Under the pieces are notes generated by a model that worked only from the letters and a program-made list of their open reading frames with translations, did not search any database and was not told where the DNA came from. From an archaeon (GTDB lineage Archaea > Nanobdellota > Nanobdellia > Pacearchaeales > GW2011-AR1): a stretch of 35,409 nucleotides of DNA. Location: positions 1 through 35,409 of the forward strand of contig JALOQH010000001.1 in the NCBI GenBank assembly GCA_025453475.1, given 5' to 3'. Made by a program: the position numbers and the translations under genes. Shown in pieces: positions 32,120 through 35,409 of this stretch; within the stretch, counting starts at the first letter, position 1; every line of letters begins with the position of its first letter.

Positions 32120-34012
32120 TTATTTCAATCTTATTGTCTCTAGATTCTTTGGAACATTGGTTTCAATCTTATTTAATCGGTATAACGAAGAAGCGAGGTC
32201 GAGGCATTTTGAAGCTTCTCCGTGATTGACTATTATCTTCTTTGGGCGTGGCGTCATTCTGCTTATGTACTGCACAAGCTCATTTCTGCCTGAGTGTGAT
32301 GAGAGTCCGGAAAGAGTTTCGACGCGCATCTTAACTTCCACTTTTTCCCCGCTGCCCTCTGAGGTCAGATAGACTTCTTTTGCTCCTTCCTGAACCTGGC
32401 GGCCAAGTGCATTTGGCGCCTGGTAACAAGTAAAAACAATAAGGTTGTTGGGGTTGTCTGCAAAATGCTTGAAATATTCCACTGAAGCGCCCCCGACAAG
32501 CATGCCTGATGTTGCGATTATGATGCACGGTCCGCCCTCAATTACTTCCTGTCTTTCTGCAGGGCTGCCGATTCTCTTGAAGATATCTGAAAGGAACGGA
32601 TTATTATCCTGGAAAATCTGATTTCTTACAGAATTGCTAAGAAAGTCAGGATAAGCTGTGTGAATTGCAGTTATGTCCCAGACCATTCCGTCAAGATAAA
32701 CAGGAACTTTTGGAAGCTCGCCGAGGCGGATTGCTTCTTCAACCCTTAGAACTGTTTCCTGCGCATGCCCAAGCCCCAGCTCAGGAAGAAGTATTTTTCC
32801 CTTCTTCTTTATTGTTTCATTTGCCAGCTCAATAAATTTGTTTTCTGTCTCGTTTCTTGGTGGGAGCACGTCGTCTTTTGACCCATAGGTGGATTCCATA
32901 ATCACTGTCTCAACTCTTGGAAAATGATTAACTGCGGGGTCAAGAAGCCTTGTTTTCAGGTATTTTGTATCCCCTCCGTAGACTAAGTTGTGCAGTCCAT
33001 TTCCGACATTTATGTGCACCTGAGCAGAACCAAGAACATGCCCTGCATTGTAGAGTGTTATTCTTATATCCGGCGTTATGTCTGTAACTTCCCCGTAATC
33101 CAAACAAACCGAATGACGGACCATCTCCTTGATATCTTCTGCGCGGTAGAGCGGAGAAGCTGCCTGCTTGAACGCAACACCGACAAAATCAAGAGCTGAA
33201 AGGGCCGCGATATCCCTTGTCGGCGCAGTCATGTAAACCGGCCCCTTGTAACCCATCTTATAAAGATATGGAATTAATCCTGAATGGTCGAGATGTGCGT
33301 GCGTTAGAATAATTGCATCAATTGTATTGATATCCCCAATTTCAGAGATATCAAGATAGGGGAATTTATCCGGGCCCTCAGTTATTGCGGGATTTATGCC
33401 GCAGTCTAAAATGACCTTGGATTTCGGAGTGTGCAGAAGCAGACAAGAACGTCCAACCTGGCGCCCTGCTCCGAGGCAAGTAACTCTTACCCAGAGGTCC
33501 ATCTTTTCTGAAGTCCAGTCCGTGTATATCTTTCTGCCAATGTCATTAAGGAATTTCCTTCTGTAGTTGTTGTTTGCATATAGAACTGAACGTATTTTTT
33601 CTGTGATTTTTGACGGGATTGCCGGGCTTCTCTGAACAACAGTTGACCACATTGTTGATTTCTTGATATCATTTAGAATAGAGCCCTGCTTTCCGATAAC
33701 CATTCCCGGCTTTTTTGCCTCTATGATTACGGTGCTCCTCTGGACATCAAATATTATGTTGGTTATTTCTGCTTCTTCCGGCACGATTCCTCTGATGGTC
33801 TTCTCAGTTTCATCTTCCGGCGCAAGAATTGCTGTCTCTGCACGAAGTTCTATCCTCTTCTTTATCTTATCGACAATCTCTTTTATTTTTGATTCGCCTG
33901 TCTTGAAGAATTCCTTGTTGTTCGTATAGAGAACAATATTTGCCCCTTCAAAAGCAGCATCGCTAACAAGTTTCGGTATCTCGTCCTTAATGCTCTTCAA
34001 AATATCTGCCAT
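32120..34012 (-). CDS. fttA: aCPSF1/FttA beta-CASP ribonuclease (KH + MBL)
   Basis: FEGANIVLY, KPG.VIGK.G, HAHLDH, AGHVLGS, ATSGML.GG, SSHS, NHGE; start at MADILK (34012); next to psmB as is usual in archaea. Confidence 0.95.
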   Translation of the reverse strand: MADILKSIKDEIPKLVSDAAFEGANIVLYTNNKEFFKTGESKIKEIVDKIKKRIELRAETAILAPEDETEKTIRGIVPEEAEITNIIFDVQRSTVIIEAKKPGMVIGKQGSILNDIKKSTMWSTVVQRSPAIPSKITEKIRSVLYANNNYRRKFLNDIGRKIYTDWTSEKMDLWVRVTCLGAGRQVGRSCLLLHTPKSKVILDCGINPAITEGPDKFPYLDISEIGDINTIDAIILTHAHLDHSGLIPYLYKMGYKGPVYMTAPTRDIAALSALDFVGVAFKQAASPLYRAEDIKEMVRHSVCLDYGEVTDITPDIRITLYNAGHVLGSAQVHINVGNGLHNLVYGGDTKYLKTRLLDPAVNHFPRVETVIMESTYGSKDDVLPPRNETENKFIELANETIKKKGKILLPELGLGHAQETVLRVEEAIRLGELPKVPVYLDGMVWDITAIHTAYPDFLSNSVRNQIFQDNNPFLSDIFKRIGSPAERQEVIEGGPCIIIATSGMLVGGASVEYFKHFADNPNNLIVFTCYQAPNALGRQVQEGAKEVYLTSEGSGEKVEVKMRVETLSGLSSHSGRNELVQYISRMTPRPKKIIVNHGEASKCLDLASSLYRLNKIETNVPKNLETIRLK

Positions 34013-34025
34013 TTTCCAATAAGTT

Positions 34026-34679
34026 TTACTTGTATTCAGCAACGATTTCTTCAGAAACCACATGCTTTATTCCGTCTTTTGTTATCGTAAATACATCTAT
34101 CCCATTTCCAGATGCGGAGTCTCTTTGTGTTGAGGATTTGAGCGCCTCTTTTGCAAGCTCAACTCCATCCTTAACTGACATGTCTCTTTTGTACTGTCTT
34201 TCCAATAAACCCAGGATGTAAGGCATGCCTGAAGAGAAGTTTGCATCATAGTCATTGACTTTTACTGCGCTCCCGCCAGGCTCGATAGTATACAGTTCCG
34301 TGGATTCGTCTTCATTAACCCCTGCGATTAGTGTCCCGACAATGCTCGGAATCATCGCGGGAGTTCTGATGTTTCGGTATGTCATCATTGCAAGAAGATG
34401 TGCTGCTTCTTTTACAGTTGGACGGGTTTTTGTCTTTAGCTCTTTTAGACGGAGTTCAGCTGCAATTACCTTGTGGGTAAGCTGGGCATCTGCGACTCCC
34501 CCGGTCCATGAGGTAAGTATGTAGTTGTTGACAGGTATAACTTTTCTAGTGTCTTTGCTCAAAACAAGGTTTCCGGCTGTTGCTCTTCTGTCAGCACCCA
34601 TTACAATCCCGTCCTTGCAGACAATTCCTACAAGTGATGTGTTTGATTTCAGTATATTCTTGCTAATATCCTCATTCAT
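34026..34679 (-). CDS. psmB: Proteasome beta subunit
   Basis: T..VG...KDGIV..ADRRAT.G, K33, G.VADAQ, SSG, RDSASG.G; short propeptide. Confidence 0.93.
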   Translation of the reverse strand: MNEDISKNILKSNTSLVGIVCKDGIVMGADRRATAGNLVLSKDTRKVIPVNNYILTSWTGGVADAQLTHKVIAAELRLKELKTKTRPTVKEAAHLLAMMTYRNIRTPAMIPSIVGTLIAGVNEDESTELYTIEPGGSAVKVNDYDANFSSGMPYILGLLERQYKRDMSVKDGVELAKEALKSSTQRDSASGNGIDVFTITKDGIKHVVSEEIVAEYK

Positions 34680-34740
34680 CTTAAGAAGTTAGAACCTCTA
34701 TAAATCTTTGATATAAAAATAGTATTTAAGGTTTTTGCTT

Positions 34741-35409
34741 TTAGAGAACAGGGGACTCTATTGAAGAGAGATTTGCATCTTTCTTAAGCCTGACTACGCT
34801 ATCGACAAAACCCTCTATTTTTTGCTCGTGGCTGACTATTACCAGCTGCCCGACATCAATCTCGTGAAGGACGTCGCGGAGTTTATCCAGCTGGAATTCA
34901 GAGAATCCGTCTGTTGGCTCGTCAAGAATGATTATGTCCCTTGTTTTTATGTTGCTCAAGACAGAGTTAATTGTCTGATTAAGAGCCAGACGGTATGCCA
35001 ATGCAATTGCTGTCCTCTCGCCTCCAGAAAGGAAAGAATACTCCATCTCTGTCTCGCCCTGCACAATCAGCGGGGTAAAGTTCTCGTCAAGATGAACATC
35101 GAATGATTCGCCTGCGAGAAGATGGAACCATTTCCCAAAGAGTCTTGCAAACTCCATTCTAAGCTTAATCATGACATTTCTTTCTATATAATTGATAAGC
35201 GATGAAAACTGGTTGGAAAGCCAGTCGCTGATATCCAGAATTCTGGCAAGTTTTAGCCTTGATGTTTCTTTCTCCTGTATCTGTTTCTCGAGAACAAGTA
35301 TCTCCCTGTGCATGAGTTCTTTTTCCTTCTTGAATTCTGCAAGTGAAATCTCGCACTTTTTCTCATCGTTGAATGCGCGCTCCAAATCAAGCTGTTTTAC
35401 GCGATAGAG
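34741..35409 (-). CDS. Rad50/SMC-family ABC-ATPase, C-terminal part (runs off window end)
   Basis: Coiled coil, then signature LSGGE, Walker B/D-loop IILDEPT, H-loop VSHE; frame open to the window edge. Confidence 0.88.
   Translation of the reverse strand, partial: LYRVKQLDLERAFNDEKKCEISLAEFKKEKELMHREILVLEKQIQEKETSRLKLARILDISDWLSNQFSSLINYIERNVMIKLRMEFARLFGKWFHLLAGESFDVHLDENFTPLIVQGETEMEYSFLSGGERTAIALAYRLALNQTINSVLSNIKTRDIIILDEPTDGFSEFQLDKLRDVLHEIDVGQLVIVSHEQKIEGFVDSVVRLKKDANLSSIESPVL

Noticed and set aside
1..35409. Alternative genetic code or stop-codon reassignment
   Set aside because: TAA, TAG and TGA all end conserved genes at expected lengths, and TGA is used in ATGA overlaps.

Overview
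Archaeal chromosome segment, most likely from a DPANN lineage (Pacearchaeota/Woesearchaeota-like). The taxon is inferred from the fused PriS-PriL primase, the compact ribosomal proteins and the gene content; standard genetic code. 1-6932 (-): tightly coupled S10/spc ribosomal protein operon (uL3 to the start of uL5). It lacks Rpp29 and carries three unexpected inserts: a 67-aa membrane protein and two 16-17-aa mini-ORFs coupled at both ends. Next come PCNA and a divergent fused primase whose PriL-like C-terminal domain has no cysteines. About 9.9-28.7 kb is a cell-surface block: Cys-rich membrane-anchored proteins (one with an alpha/alpha-barrel and beta-defensin-like Cys spacing), a surface nuclease, TrxB, a type IV pilus locus (5 class III signal-peptide proteins, ATPase, an unannotated 53-aa ORF, 2 TadC-like proteins) interrupted by an ArmA/Rmt-like rRNA methyltransferase, a triple 'NAH'-repeat protein with an LPFF C-terminal anchor, a large PKD protein, and oapABC/arvABC with an extra 2-TM gene. 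The window ends with housekeeping genes: cca, TrmB, presenilin-like protease, aCPSF1, psmB and a partial Rad50/SMC. No rRNA, tRNA, CRISPR or mobile element was recognised. All family calls are by-eye motif recognition, not database searches.
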